The notes under the pieces are model-generated. The model made no database searches. It had not been told where the DNA came from and worked only from the letters and a program-made list of their open reading frames with translations. A stretch of 64,000 nucleotides of DNA, from the NCBI GenBank assembly GCA_963778115.1, contig CAVZSV010000004.1, positions 2,016,001 through 2,080,000 on the forward strand. The letters are read 5' to 3'. Below are positions 1 to 8,589 of this stretch, piece after piece; positions within the stretch are counted from its first letter, which is position 1, and every line of letters begins with the position of its first letter. The position numbers were made by a program, and so were the translations under genes. This DNA is from an uncultured delta proteobacterium. GTDB taxonomy: Bacteria; Bdellovibrionota; FAC87; UBA2466.

Positions 1-624
1 TTGCTGGGAGTAAAATATCGCGTAACTACTTCGCAGCCTTCCTTGGTGATTGAAACGACGGTGAAATTCCCCACAACTTCAAATTATGTCACTGCTGCGA
101 CGGCCGATACTGCCCTGCTTCCCGCCGACGGCAGTGTGGATGTCGGACTTACGTTTCACGGCGGCTATCATCATAAAGCTCTCTTACTGGCGGTCTCGCC
201 AGAGTTCTTGGTCCGAAGCTCAGGTTTCGCTCCCGCCGTTTTCATTAGAGGGGGAGCCGGGGTTAGTTTTCCTGAAGGATATTTCTTGGCGACTAGCGAT
301 CTTTACGCGTCCTTGGGGACCAATCTGCTGTTTGATAGCTCTCTCAATATTCATGATGCGGCCGGCACCGGCGGGTCTTATGCCCTTCTTTCCGGGAGCC
401 CGTCGGTTTTCACCGTCGGATTCAAGGGCGGAGTTCGCGTCGTGGGAAATGGTTTTTTCGAAGCCTTTTTCCGTCAGGCGGTATGGGGAGTCCGGGCGCC
501 CTACTTTTATCAAATCGGAATCAACGCTTTAATTACTTTTGATTTTCATGTCGCCGATACCCGAGTGAAAGCCCACGAAATTCCCTTCGATTCGGAACCC
601 GAAACCAATCCCGACGGAATGTAA
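1..624 (+). CDS. Hypothetical protein, probably 5'-truncated by the window edge; beta-strand-rich, possible outer-membrane protein
   Basis: Open frame from base 1 to TAA at 622-624; alternating hydrophobic/aromatic strands (e.g. FFEAFFRQAVWG, YFYQIGINAL). Confidence 0.5.
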   Translation: MLGVKYRVTTSQPSLVIETTVKFPTTSNYVTAATADTALLPADGSVDVGLTFHGGYHHKALLLAVSPEFLVRSSGFAPAVFIRGGAGVSFPEGYFLATSDLYASLGTNLLFDSSLNIHDAAGTGGSYALLSGSPSVFTVGFKGGVRVVGNGFFEAFFRQAVWGVRAPYFYQIGINALITFDFHVADTRVKAHEIPFDSEPETNPDGM

Positions 625-707
625 CTAAAAGGTGCCCGTCGACTTTCGGGACCTTTTTCTTTATCGAATGCTAGGGAGGTCCCGAAAGTCGACGGGCACC
701 TTTTAGT
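624..707. repeat. Perfect 31-bp inverted repeat with 22-bp spacer; each arm is itself an imperfect hairpin (REP-doublet-like); may also terminate the upstream gene
   Basis: ACTAAAAGGTGCCCGTCGACTTTCGGGACCT (624-654) is the exact reverse complement of 677-707. Confidence 0.9.
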
Positions 708-793
708 CTTTTAGTTTTTAGTCACCTTCTAGCCAGCTGTAGGTTTGTTGGACGGAGAATACGGGGCATCCTATTGATTTCACATAATAAATA

Positions 794-810
794 TGGGCAT
801 TAGGCTTGCA
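794..810 (+). promoter_or_regulatory. Putative sigma54 (-24/-12) promoter
   Basis: TGGGCATTAGGCTTGCA: GG(796-797)-N10-GC(808-809), with TTGCA at -12; GGGGAG SD and ATG 830 follow at a suitable distance. Confidence 0.6.
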
Positions 811-829
811 GCGTTAAGGCTGGGGGAGT

Positions 830-2911
830 ATGGGAATACGGCCTTACATAGCAAGCTTTGCCATCGTCTTTCTTATCATTAGTACGGGCGTGCGTGCGGA
901 AAGTCCGTCAACTCCTCAAAATACCGATCCTGCTCCACAAACCTGGCGGCAACGACTGATGCGCTGGATCCAACCCCAATGGGTTGATCTTTCCACACGA
1001 GCTTTTGATGGATCTAAAAAACCCGGCGACGGAAATGCAAACGGCGATGACGGATCAAACGACTCGTCGGCGAACAACTCAAAAAATGGAAACAGAAATA
1101 ATTCGGCCCTGGGATCAGGCGCTACTTTGGGATCACTTTCGGGAGCTCAAGGCGGTAACGACGGCTCCAACAAAAGCGGAAACGGTGATGGAAACGCAGA
1201 TGACAGTGATCGCGGAGGCCAACCTCCTGCCATGGGAGGCGGCGGAGGGGGAGGAAGTATCGCTTTTCCCAAATGGTGGCCAGCGTGCGTTTTTATCGAT
1301 CCCAAATACGGCAATGGAAACGACATCATCAAAGGGGCAGTCGAAATTGCCGCTAAATGCCAGGTAAATTTGGTAGTGATTCCAATCACGGTCTTGCCAG
1401 GTTCATACGGTCCCAGCGAGAAAGATATCAATGCCAAACAGAAGGCCTCTTGCAATATCGGTTCAACTTTCGGAGTTCCCAATTGGTCGACTTCAACGAT
1501 CAATCAGTTCCCCGATCCTCCCGCTGAAATGTGCGACGTTCCCTTAGATAAATCGAAAGGCGGACCTCCCTGGGATACCGGCGTCGCCGGTTGCGCGCAA
1601 TTGGCCTCTGGTTCTAAGGCGGCTGGCGACGGGCAATCAGGTGGTGTGGGAACGGGGGGAGCAACCCCCTCAATCGAAAATGCAGGAGGAGCCAATTCCG
1701 GAGTTCTCATGCATGAAATGATTGGCCACAGCGAAATGGGAATGCCAAATTATGAAGAAGGTAAGAAGCCTCCGATGACGGATCTGGGACTAGGGATTGG
1801 GAAAGAAAATGGGAGTGCAAAACTAGATCTGGATAAGATCATCAATAGCCTCTATGCCGCCGCTGGGATTAGTCGTATTCCTCAGACGGAAATTCCCGAA
1901 GTGGGCGCCGTAGAAGGGCAAGATCTCAAGGGTGAAGGCTTTAACGGAATTGGATGCGGAATTTTCTTTGCCAACGCTTACAAAAACGACGGCCGGTGGC
2001 GGTATGATCCCAAACAAACGACCTATTATGTAAAAGAAGAAAATCCGGAGCGACAATGGCCACTAGGAAAACCACTCTTTGGACCTCCCGGGCCTGCCCC
2101 TCAAACAGGATCGCCTCAGGTAGTGGGTGATCCTAGAGGAAGCGAGGAGCTCACCGTCGATGACTCCACTCCAAAAGGAGCCTCATCGACCGATCAGGGA
2201 CTATCAGCAGTCGCCCCTCCGGGAGACACGGCCGATCCCAGACACAAGATGCGCCCCGGAGATACCAATTCCACCGACTCTTTGGTCGCGAACTTGAAAA
2301 AGGCCATCGCTTCGCCCGACGATCCCAGTCAGGTTCCTAATTATCCTCCCGACAAACCCGGTGTTGAGAAATCAGCGCGACTCGTTTTCGATGACACAGT
2401 GAAAAAAGGGGCCGTCAATTTAGGGGATAACGGAGGCAACGATACTCAAACCTCTCAGAATTATAGTCCCGGCTCCATGGGCTCTCAAGGAAACGACCAA
2501 CCCGATACCTCGGGTGCAAGCGGTGGATCCCCCTCCGGAAATGGCGGCGGAGACAGACTGGTATTTGATGATAACGCAAAAAAAGGGGATGGAACTGATG
2601 GCAGCGACGGGGCAAGCCGAGATCCCTCTTCGATCTTAGATGGCGGGGCGGGTTTCGGAACATCAGCCGGAAGTGCTGGTTTTGGAGGAGGGTCGGGTGG
2701 TATGGCGGGAGGAATGGATGGAGGAGGATTCTCTTCTGGAGTCGGTGCACCTTCCAAAGCCAATTTAAGCAACAGCATGGATTCCGATTTTTTTGACGGT
2801 CGCCCCAGACCAAAACCGGAAAGTCGAAAACGAGTGAAAGGTTCTACGCTAAGAAAGAACGAAAGTGCTGAAGTGGTGGATGACTCGAGAGAGATTTCTG
2901 CCGGTCACTAA
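830..2911 (+). CDS. Secreted Gly/Ser/Asn-rich low-complexity protein with a central Cys-rich domain bearing an HEMIGH putative zinc-binding motif
   Basis: 693 aa; N-terminal signal peptide (…STGVRA/E); several Cys in the core; HEMIGH encoded at 1712-1729; disordered flanks. Confidence 0.7.
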   Translation: MGIRPYIASFAIVFLIISTGVRAESPSTPQNTDPAPQTWRQRLMRWIQPQWVDLSTRAFDGSKKPGDGNANGDDGSNDSSANNSKNGNRNNSALGSGATLGSLSGAQGGNDGSNKSGNGDGNADDSDRGGQPPAMGGGGGGGSIAFPKWWPACVFIDPKYGNGNDIIKGAVEIAAKCQVNLVVIPITVLPGSYGPSEKDINAKQKASCNIGSTFGVPNWSTSTINQFPDPPAEMCDVPLDKSKGGPPWDTGVAGCAQLASGSKAAGDGQSGGVGTGGATPSIENAGGANSGVLMHEMIGHSEMGMPNYEEGKKPPMTDLGLGIGKENGSAKLDLDKIINSLYAAAGISRIPQTEIPEVGAVEGQDLKGEGFNGIGCGIFFANAYKNDGRWRYDPKQTTYYVKEENPERQWPLGKPLFGPPGPAPQTGSPQVVGDPRGSEELTVDDSTPKGASSTDQGLSAVAPPGDTADPRHKMRPGDTNSTDSLVANLKKAIASPDDPSQVPNYPPDKPGVEKSARLVFDDTVKKGAVNLGDNGGNDTQTSQNYSPGSMGSQGNDQPDTSGASGGSPSGNGGGDRLVFDDNAKKGDGTDGSDGASRDPSSILDGGAGFGTSAGSAGFGGGSGGMAGGMDGGGFSSGVGAPSKANLSNSMDSDFFDGRPRPKPESRKRVKGSTLRKNESAEVVDDSREISAGH

Positions 2912-2913
2912 AC

Positions 2914-4083
2914 TTAAGTTCCCTTGTACCGACGATAACAAAACCAAGCAACAATCGAAAATAAGAAGTTGGGCAACCAAACTCCCAACCAAGGCGATAC
3001 CCAACCCGATATCGCTAGCGCATTCGCCGCTATGTAGGAGAGCCAATACACTAAAGCGACCGCCATGCATAAAACCACGGCGGTGCTTCTTATTCCCCGA
3101 TGGCTTAATGTCGCTATCGCAAAACCAAGCGCTGAGAAGACAACGCAAGAAAAGGAGAGCGAAAATCGTCGATGAAATTCGATAAGAAGTTTACGATGTG
3201 TGGGAATGTCGTGAACGGTCTCCTCTAGCCGTTTTGTAAGTTGAGGATAAGTTAAGGACGGAGGGCTGTAATCGAGACCACCCTCCCCGGCTTCGCCCCC
3301 TACATCAAGATTGATGTCATAAACTTTAAAATCGATAAGTTGCTGAACTCCATCCCGCTGCTTTCGCTCCATATGAATCGTGCCGTTCGTAAGGCGTAGC
3401 GTGAGCACTCCTTTTTCAGACGGGTTTCGCAAAATTCCCGATTGCGCGGTGATAAAAAGAGGATGTTTCTCTTCCCGCTCGTCGTAAAGAAAGACCCGTT
3501 TCATTTCATTTTTTACGGGAACGATATGTTCCGCAAAGAGAACCAGCCCGTAAAAACCTTCCATGAAAACACCCGGCTTGAGTGCTGACATCACTCTCTC
3601 GTTGCGAAGTTTTGAGATCATCACTTCGAAAGAGCGATTGCCTTGGGGCACGGTCCAAAGGGCGGTGTATAAACAGATTCCTGTGACAATGAGCGAAAAA
3701 AAAGCGAGCGGCGAATAGATCTGCCCGAGACTGATTCCGTTAACTTGAAGGGCTAGTATCTCACCTTCGGAATTGGCTCTTGAAATTCCCATAAGGATGG
3801 CAAACAAAAACGCGATAGGAATCGCGATAGGCAGAAAGGAAAGCATCAAGTAGATCGAAATCCTGGCGACATCGATAAGGGCTACTTGATGCAAGACAAT
3901 AAACTCACTAAGGCGTATCGCCTGAAACATGAGCATGATCAAAAGGAAGATGGTCGTCCCCACGACGAAACTAAAAAGAACCTCGTTGGCCACGTATTTG
4001 GTGAGCCTCCAGGTGAAAGGGCGGGAACGTGTGGGAATCAAACTTCCTCCATAAAAAAAGGCATCAAAAAGGGCTAAAGCCAC
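2914..4083 (-). CDS. lptF: LPS export ABC transporter permease (LptF/LptG family, LptF-like)
   Basis: 3+3 TM layout, SEGEILALQVNGISL motif, LKPGVF, EFHRRFSLSFSC, W-LPN end. Confidence 0.8.
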   Translation of the reverse strand: MALALFDAFFYGGSLIPTRSRPFTWRLTKYVANEVLFSFVVGTTIFLLIMLMFQAIRLSEFIVLHQVALIDVARISIYLMLSFLPIAIPIAFLFAILMGISRANSEGEILALQVNGISLGQIYSPLAFFSLIVTGICLYTALWTVPQGNRSFEVMISKLRNERVMSALKPGVFMEGFYGLVLFAEHIVPVKNEMKRVFLYDEREEKHPLFITAQSGILRNPSEKGVLTLRLTNGTIHMERKQRDGVQQLIDFKVYDINLDVGGEAGEGGLDYSPPSLTYPQLTKRLEETVHDIPTHRKLLIEFHRRFSLSFSCVVFSALGFAIATLSHRGIRSTAVVLCMAVALVYWLSYIAANALAISGWVSPWLGVWLPNFLFSIVAWFCYRRYKGT

Positions 4084-4169
4084 TTCTCATTGGACCCAAG
4101 GGAGTATACCCGTAGCAAAAAGCTCTGTACACCTGCCCCCGCAATGATACAACCCGAGCGAGGAATAAA

Positions 4170-5468
4170 ATGGACGAGCAGGATACTTTATTCTCGGCTT
4201 CGGCGGCGAGCCAGGCCCCTCTGGCCCAGCAGATGAGGCCCCGACAGATCGACGATATTATTGGTCAAGGCCACTTTCTGAACGAGAGTTTTCGACGCAT
4301 CTTGGCTTCCGATCGGTGGACCGGTTTTATCTTTTGGGGCCCCCCCGGAACCGGAAAGACCACTCTGGCTTCGGTCATCGCAGGTATTACCAAGCGAACT
4401 TACCACACCCTTTCCGCGGTCACTTCCGGCGTCAAAGACATTAGAGAGGTCTTGGATTTGTCTCGAAGCGATGTGAGATCCGGAAAATTAGCCCACATCC
4501 TTTTTATCGATGAAGTGCATCGACTGAATAAGTCCCAGCAGGACGTGCTGCTCCCCTATTTGGAAGAAGGGGCGATTCGTTTTATCGGTGCCACTACGGA
4601 AAATCCATCGTTTGAAATCAATAATGCTATCGCTTCTCGTTGCGTGATTTTTCACTTCAACCCGTTAGATGAAGAGGCGTTGCGAAAGATCTTAACAAGG
4701 GCGGCTACCCGTTTTCCTAATATCGATGCGGCAGTTTTGGATCGCATCGTTCAAGTCTCCGTGGGAGACGCTCGTCGTGCTTTGACCCTTCTCGATCATC
4801 TCACGTTGACCGCACCTGCGAACCAAAAACTAACCCTCGAAGATTTTGAAAAGCTGACTCATTCTCAATCCCTGTACTACGACAAGAAATCGGAAATGCA
4901 TTACGATACCATCTCCGCCTTCATCAAAAGTGTGCGAGGAAGTGATCCGGATGCCGCGGTCTATTATTTGGCGCGCATGCTTGAGGGAGGAGAGGACCCT
5001 CTTTTTGTGGCGAGAAGGCTGATTATCCTAGCATCGGAAGATATTGGAAACGCTTCCCCCATGGGATTGGTATTAGCCTCGAATGCTTTCCAAGCGGTAC
5101 ATGCGATCGGAATGCCTGAAGCCCGCATTATTTTGTCGCAGGTCACCACTTACTTAGCGTCGTGCGAAAAGAGTAACCGAAGCTACATGGCCATTGAAGA
5201 GGCTATCGCTACCGTGAAGACTACCGGCTCGCTTGATATTCCTTACGCCATCCGAAATGCTCCCACCAAACAGATGAAGGAATGGGGCTACGGTAAGGAG
5301 TACAAATACGCCCACAACTATGAGTCAGGTTGGGTATCGATGCAGTTTCTGCCCGATAAGATAAAAGATCGCAGGTTTTATCAACCCAGTAATCACGGAG
5401 TGGAGAAGAATTTGGGTGAATATCTTAAGAAACGTGGAAAAGATTCCGGCTTAAATGAAAACCCGTAA
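4170..5468 (+). CDS. rarA: Replication-associated recombination protein A (MgsA/RarA AAA+ ATPase)
   Basis: PLAQQMRP, WGPPGTGKTT, FIDEVHRLNKSQQD, GATTENPSF, HYDTISAFIKSVRGSDPDA, ASEDIGNA. Confidence 0.95.
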   Translation: MDEQDTLFSASAASQAPLAQQMRPRQIDDIIGQGHFLNESFRRILASDRWTGFIFWGPPGTGKTTLASVIAGITKRTYHTLSAVTSGVKDIREVLDLSRSDVRSGKLAHILFIDEVHRLNKSQQDVLLPYLEEGAIRFIGATTENPSFEINNAIASRCVIFHFNPLDEEALRKILTRAATRFPNIDAAVLDRIVQVSVGDARRALTLLDHLTLTAPANQKLTLEDFEKLTHSQSLYYDKKSEMHYDTISAFIKSVRGSDPDAAVYYLARMLEGGEDPLFVARRLIILASEDIGNASPMGLVLASNAFQAVHAIGMPEARIILSQVTTYLASCEKSNRSYMAIEEAIATVKTTGSLDIPYAIRNAPTKQMKEWGYGKEYKYAHNYESGWVSMQFLPDKIKDRRFYQPSNHGVEKNLGEYLKKRGKDSGLNENP

Positions 5469-6044
5469 ACCCGCACTTCCGAAATAATTGATGAGCGGGC
5501 CGGGCTGATCCACATTAAGGCCGTAAGCAAACACTTCAAATTCCAGCGCTAGACTCTTGGCTAAACGAATACGAAAGCCCGCACCGGCATTCGCTGAAAT
5601 TCCAGCCTGATTGGGTTCCGAAAAGTAAGTCGATGTCGTAGCGCCCGCGGCCGTGTAGTAGTAACTTCGGGTCGTTTCCATGTAACCCGCTCCCACATAG
5701 ACGTAGGGTTGAAACGCGCTCTTATCTCCCAGAAAATCGATATCCAAACCCAAAGAGTAAATTACCGTTTGGGTGTTAATGTTGGAAAGCGTTCCCACTA
5801 AAGTACTGGAAACTACATCTAATTTGTTCTGAACGGCGCTAATGTTCGAATATCGTGCCTCAAGTCGAATGCCTGTAAAAAGCGTAAAAGCAATTCCGCC
5901 TGCCACATCCACTTCCAGAGTGGAGTTATCAACATCGATGTAATTCTTGGAGACCGATCCTTTTCCGAAAAGTTCGATTCCAGCCTGAGCATGTGCGCAC
6001 AAGACTAGACACAGAACGAAAGCGAGGTGAAGTTTTTTGGGCAT
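5451..6044 (-). CDS. Outer-membrane beta-barrel protein (OmpA/OmpW-like transmembrane domain)
   Basis: Signal peptide AHAQA, QPYVYVGAG, NAGAGFRI, C-terminal GLRVFI strand. Confidence 0.75.
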   Translation of the reverse strand: MPKKLHLAFVLCLVLCAHAQAGIELFGKGSVSKNYIDVDNSTLEVDVAGGIAFTLFTGIRLEARYSNISAVQNKLDVVSSTLVGTLSNINTQTVIYSLGLDIDFLGDKSAFQPYVYVGAGYMETTRSYYYTAAGATTSTYFSEPNQAGISANAGAGFRIRLAKSLALEFEVFAYGLNVDQPGPLINYFGSAGLRVFI

Positions 6045-6151
6045 GGTTTTATTGTACGCCCAACCCGGACTTGCGACCTCACGCAGCGCACAAATTGGTA
6101 TTAGGTAAAACCGGTTTTGAGTAAGGTAGAATGTAAATTCGGAGGATCCCT

Positions 6152-6979
6152 TTGGCGACGCCAGCTACCCCTACACCACCCCCAAGTACGCCCTCTTTTG
6201 GCCCGGCCTTTGGCATTGAAGCGTTAAATCTATACGACACGATCAACATTAAAGGAATTCGAGCTCTTCTTTCGGGCCGGGTCATCGATAGCAGTCCTAA
6301 CGAACTTCAGCTCCAGTACGGGGACAACAGTTACCTATTCGTTTACCGGTTCGGCTGTATCGTTTTTTTCAATGTAAGCCATGAGGTTAAGGAAAGAGAG
6401 ATAGGAAAGCTTAAAGCGGCTTTGGGAAATGGGCTTACCAGTCCCACCACGGAGAGCTTCCAGGCAATTCAGGGGGAGTCAGCACTCAAAGTCGAATTCG
6501 AATATGTAGAGATGAAAAAATTCAGCTTAGATAGTGTCCGCTTAATATGCGTAAGCGTCGGTCAGTCTGCCGCACTGGAATACTTCGAAATTGAGACCGA
6601 GCGAATGCTAAGCGATACTTTTAACTTAATGAACCAACTCTCCAAAGGAGGGGTAGTCCCTTTGCTTCGGTCAGGAAAGTTACTTAGACTCATTGGCTCC
6701 ACCGCAGCGACCCGGCAACACATCATCAGCAACGTTTCGGTTTTGGATCCGCCTGAAGCGACATGGAAAAGCAAAGAGCTCGGAAAACTTCATTCCGAAG
6801 TTCAGGAAAATTTTGATATTGGCATGCGATTTCGAGTTTTGGATCGAAAGTTGAGCCTTATCCAAGACAACATAGAAATTTTGGCGGATTTGACCTCGAC
6901 TCGCCGGAACATGATGCTCGAAATGCTAATTGCGGCCCTAATTGTTATCGAACTCGTATTCGTGGTTATTCGACACTAA
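6152..6979 (+). CDS. RMD1/DUF155 family protein
   Basis: FVYRFGCIVFFN, GQSAALEYFE, VLDPPEATW, RFRVLDRKL, LEMLIAALIVIE. Confidence 0.85.
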   Translation: MATPATPTPPPSTPSFGPAFGIEALNLYDTINIKGIRALLSGRVIDSSPNELQLQYGDNSYLFVYRFGCIVFFNVSHEVKEREIGKLKAALGNGLTSPTTESFQAIQGESALKVEFEYVEMKKFSLDSVRLICVSVGQSAALEYFEIETERMLSDTFNLMNQLSKGGVVPLLRSGKLLRLIGSTAATRQHIISNVSVLDPPEATWKSKELGKLHSEVQENFDIGMRFRVLDRKLSLIQDNIEILADLTSTRRNMMLEMLIAALIVIELVFVVIRH

Positions 6980-6983
6980 CAGA

Positions 6984-7295
6984 CTAATAACGTCCGCGAC
7001 CTCCGTCTCGGCCACCTCCAAAACTTCTTCCTCCTCCTGCTCCTCCCGATTTTTCCCGGGCTTCGTCCACCATGATGGGCCTGCCCCTAAGGTCGTGCCC
7101 TTTCATTCGGTTGATAGCTATCGTCGCTTCATCGTCGTTGGGCATCTCCACGAAACCAAACCCTTTCGATCTCCCGGTGTCTTTGTCCTTCACGATTCTC
7201 GCACCCGTGACTTGACCACACTGGGCAAAGAGTTGTGATAATTCGTCCTCGGTGACTTCATAACTTAAATTTCCTACATAGAGTTTCTTGGCCAT
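6984..7295 (-). CDS. RRM RNA-binding protein with Gly-rich tail
   Basis: KLYVGNL (RNP2), SKGFGFVEM (RNP1); start moved to ATG at 7295 preceded by GGAGGA. Confidence 0.95.
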   Translation of the reverse strand: MAKKLYVGNLSYEVTEDELSQLFAQCGQVTGARIVKDKDTGRSKGFGFVEMPNDDEATIAINRMKGHDLRGRPIMVDEAREKSGGAGGGRSFGGGRDGGRGRY

Positions 7296-7535
7296 GGCTA
7301 TCCTCCAATAAATTTCGCGCCCGCGAAATTTAGAAATTCGAGAGTCGAAAATTGAAATTAAGGTTTTGTGGTTGTAAATGGTTCTTAGCTTGGCTGGGTG
7401 AATCTGCGGAGCCGTCGTTACCATTCTTTAACTAAGTATTCCACGGGTCATTAGGGCGATCAAGGCAACCCCCGCCATCCGAGGAGGAGTTAAGCACAGT
7501 GCTACGTGTTATAGCTGCCTCTTCTTACTCTTTCT

Positions 7536-7564
7536 TTGTCAATTTAATGGCCTAAAGGTATAAG
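7536..7564 (+). promoter_or_regulatory. Possible sigma70 promoter of the 7593 gene
   Basis: TTGTCA-N17-TATAAG. Confidence 0.35.
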
Positions 7565-7592
7565 AATCGCGTTAACTTAAGGAGCATTCACT

Positions 7593-7907
7593 ATGTCGAT
7601 GCGATATTTAATTCGTCGGCCCGATCCCACTGACCTTTCTGAGATCAAGAAACGGGTGTCCACTTTGGATTCCGAACTGGGCGCCCCGGCTGAAAACTAT
7701 CGACGGACAGTATCGGTCGAATTTTCTCCCCTTCGTTCCGCCCACTACCATTTGACCACCCGTAAGGTGGGAGAAAGCTGGGTTTGGGTATGCCCGGGAA
7801 TTGAACTCGATGCCGAAAACGAAGAAGGCCTTTTTGAACTAACCGACCAGTTTGGAGTTCCAAGACCCAGCCATCTGGTGGGTAGAGATCAACCTCGGAT
7901 CAGTTAG
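7593..7907 (+). CDS. Hypothetical protein (104 aa)
   Basis: AAGGAG SD before ATG; fills an otherwise empty gap; no motif recognised. Confidence 0.65.
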   Translation: MSMRYLIRRPDPTDLSEIKKRVSTLDSELGAPAENYRRTVSVEFSPLRSAHYHLTTRKVGESWVWVCPGIELDAENEEGLFELTDQFGVPRPSHLVGRDQPRIS

Positions 7908-7917
7908 CATAGGTACA

Positions 7918-7974
7918 GGTTGCTTCCGGCTTCGCGCAAGGCTACGGCGGACAAGTCGGCTCGCCACAATGACG
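7918..7974. repeat. REP-like element of the TTGCTTC...CAATGAC type, with an apparently nested GCTACGGCGGACAAG palindromic unit
   Basis: Shares its ends and internal GCTTCGC with the reverse complement of 48229-48270; lies between convergent genes. Confidence 0.6.
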
Positions 7975-7996
7975 AAATTTCGAAGCTGTCTTGACG

Positions 7997-8545
7997 TCAC
8001 TTAACCGTAACTTTCAGCATCTTATCGCCGACCTGAATCTTCTTCACAAATTCCATCCCTTTGGTGACCTGGCCGAAAACGGTGTAGTTGCCGTCCAAGT
8101 GAGGAAGCGTCGCTAAGCAAATATAGAACTGGCTATCGGCAGAGTTAGGATCTGCCGCTCGAGCCATGGCTACCGTTCCTTCAACATGTTTATGGGAATT
8201 AAACTCGGCGGGAATATTCTTGCCGGAGCCGCCCGTTCCGTTGCCATTGGGATCGCCGCCCTGAACGACAAAATCCGGGACCACTCGATGAAACGTTAGA
8301 TTGTTATAGAAACCCTTATTGGCGAGTTCCGTAATCTGCGCGACAGTTTTGGGGGCATCTTTCGGGAAAAGTTCAATTTCAATATTTCCGTATTGAGTTT
8401 CGATTACCATAGTCTGGCCCTCCGCCTTTCCTTGTCCGGGCCCGCTCTCTTTGCCGCCCTGACGGATAATGATTGCAATTAATACAACGCCAACGAGCAA
8501 GACTAAGACGGCCGCAAGAATGCCTTTTTTTACTTTAGGTTCCAT
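7997..8545 (-). CDS. Cyclophilin-type peptidyl-prolyl isomerase with N-terminal membrane anchor
   Basis: APKTV, FHRVVPDFVVQGGDP, GTVAMAR, SQFYI, HLDGNYTVFGQV. Confidence 0.95.
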   Translation of the reverse strand: MEPKVKKGILAAVLVLLVGVVLIAIIIRQGGKESGPGQGKAEGQTMVIETQYGNIEIELFPKDAPKTVAQITELANKGFYNNLTFHRVVPDFVVQGGDPNGNGTGGSGKNIPAEFNSHKHVEGTVAMARAADPNSADSQFYICLATLPHLDGNYTVFGQVTKGMEFVKKIQVGDKMLKVTVK

Positions 8546-8589
8546 AAACTACCCAGCGTAGGGGCAGAGTCGACACTTGGCAAGTGCCC

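Noticed and set aside
7508..7542. Minus-strand TTGACA…TATAAC promoter for the RRM gene
   Set aside because: Spacer is 23 bp, too long for sigma70
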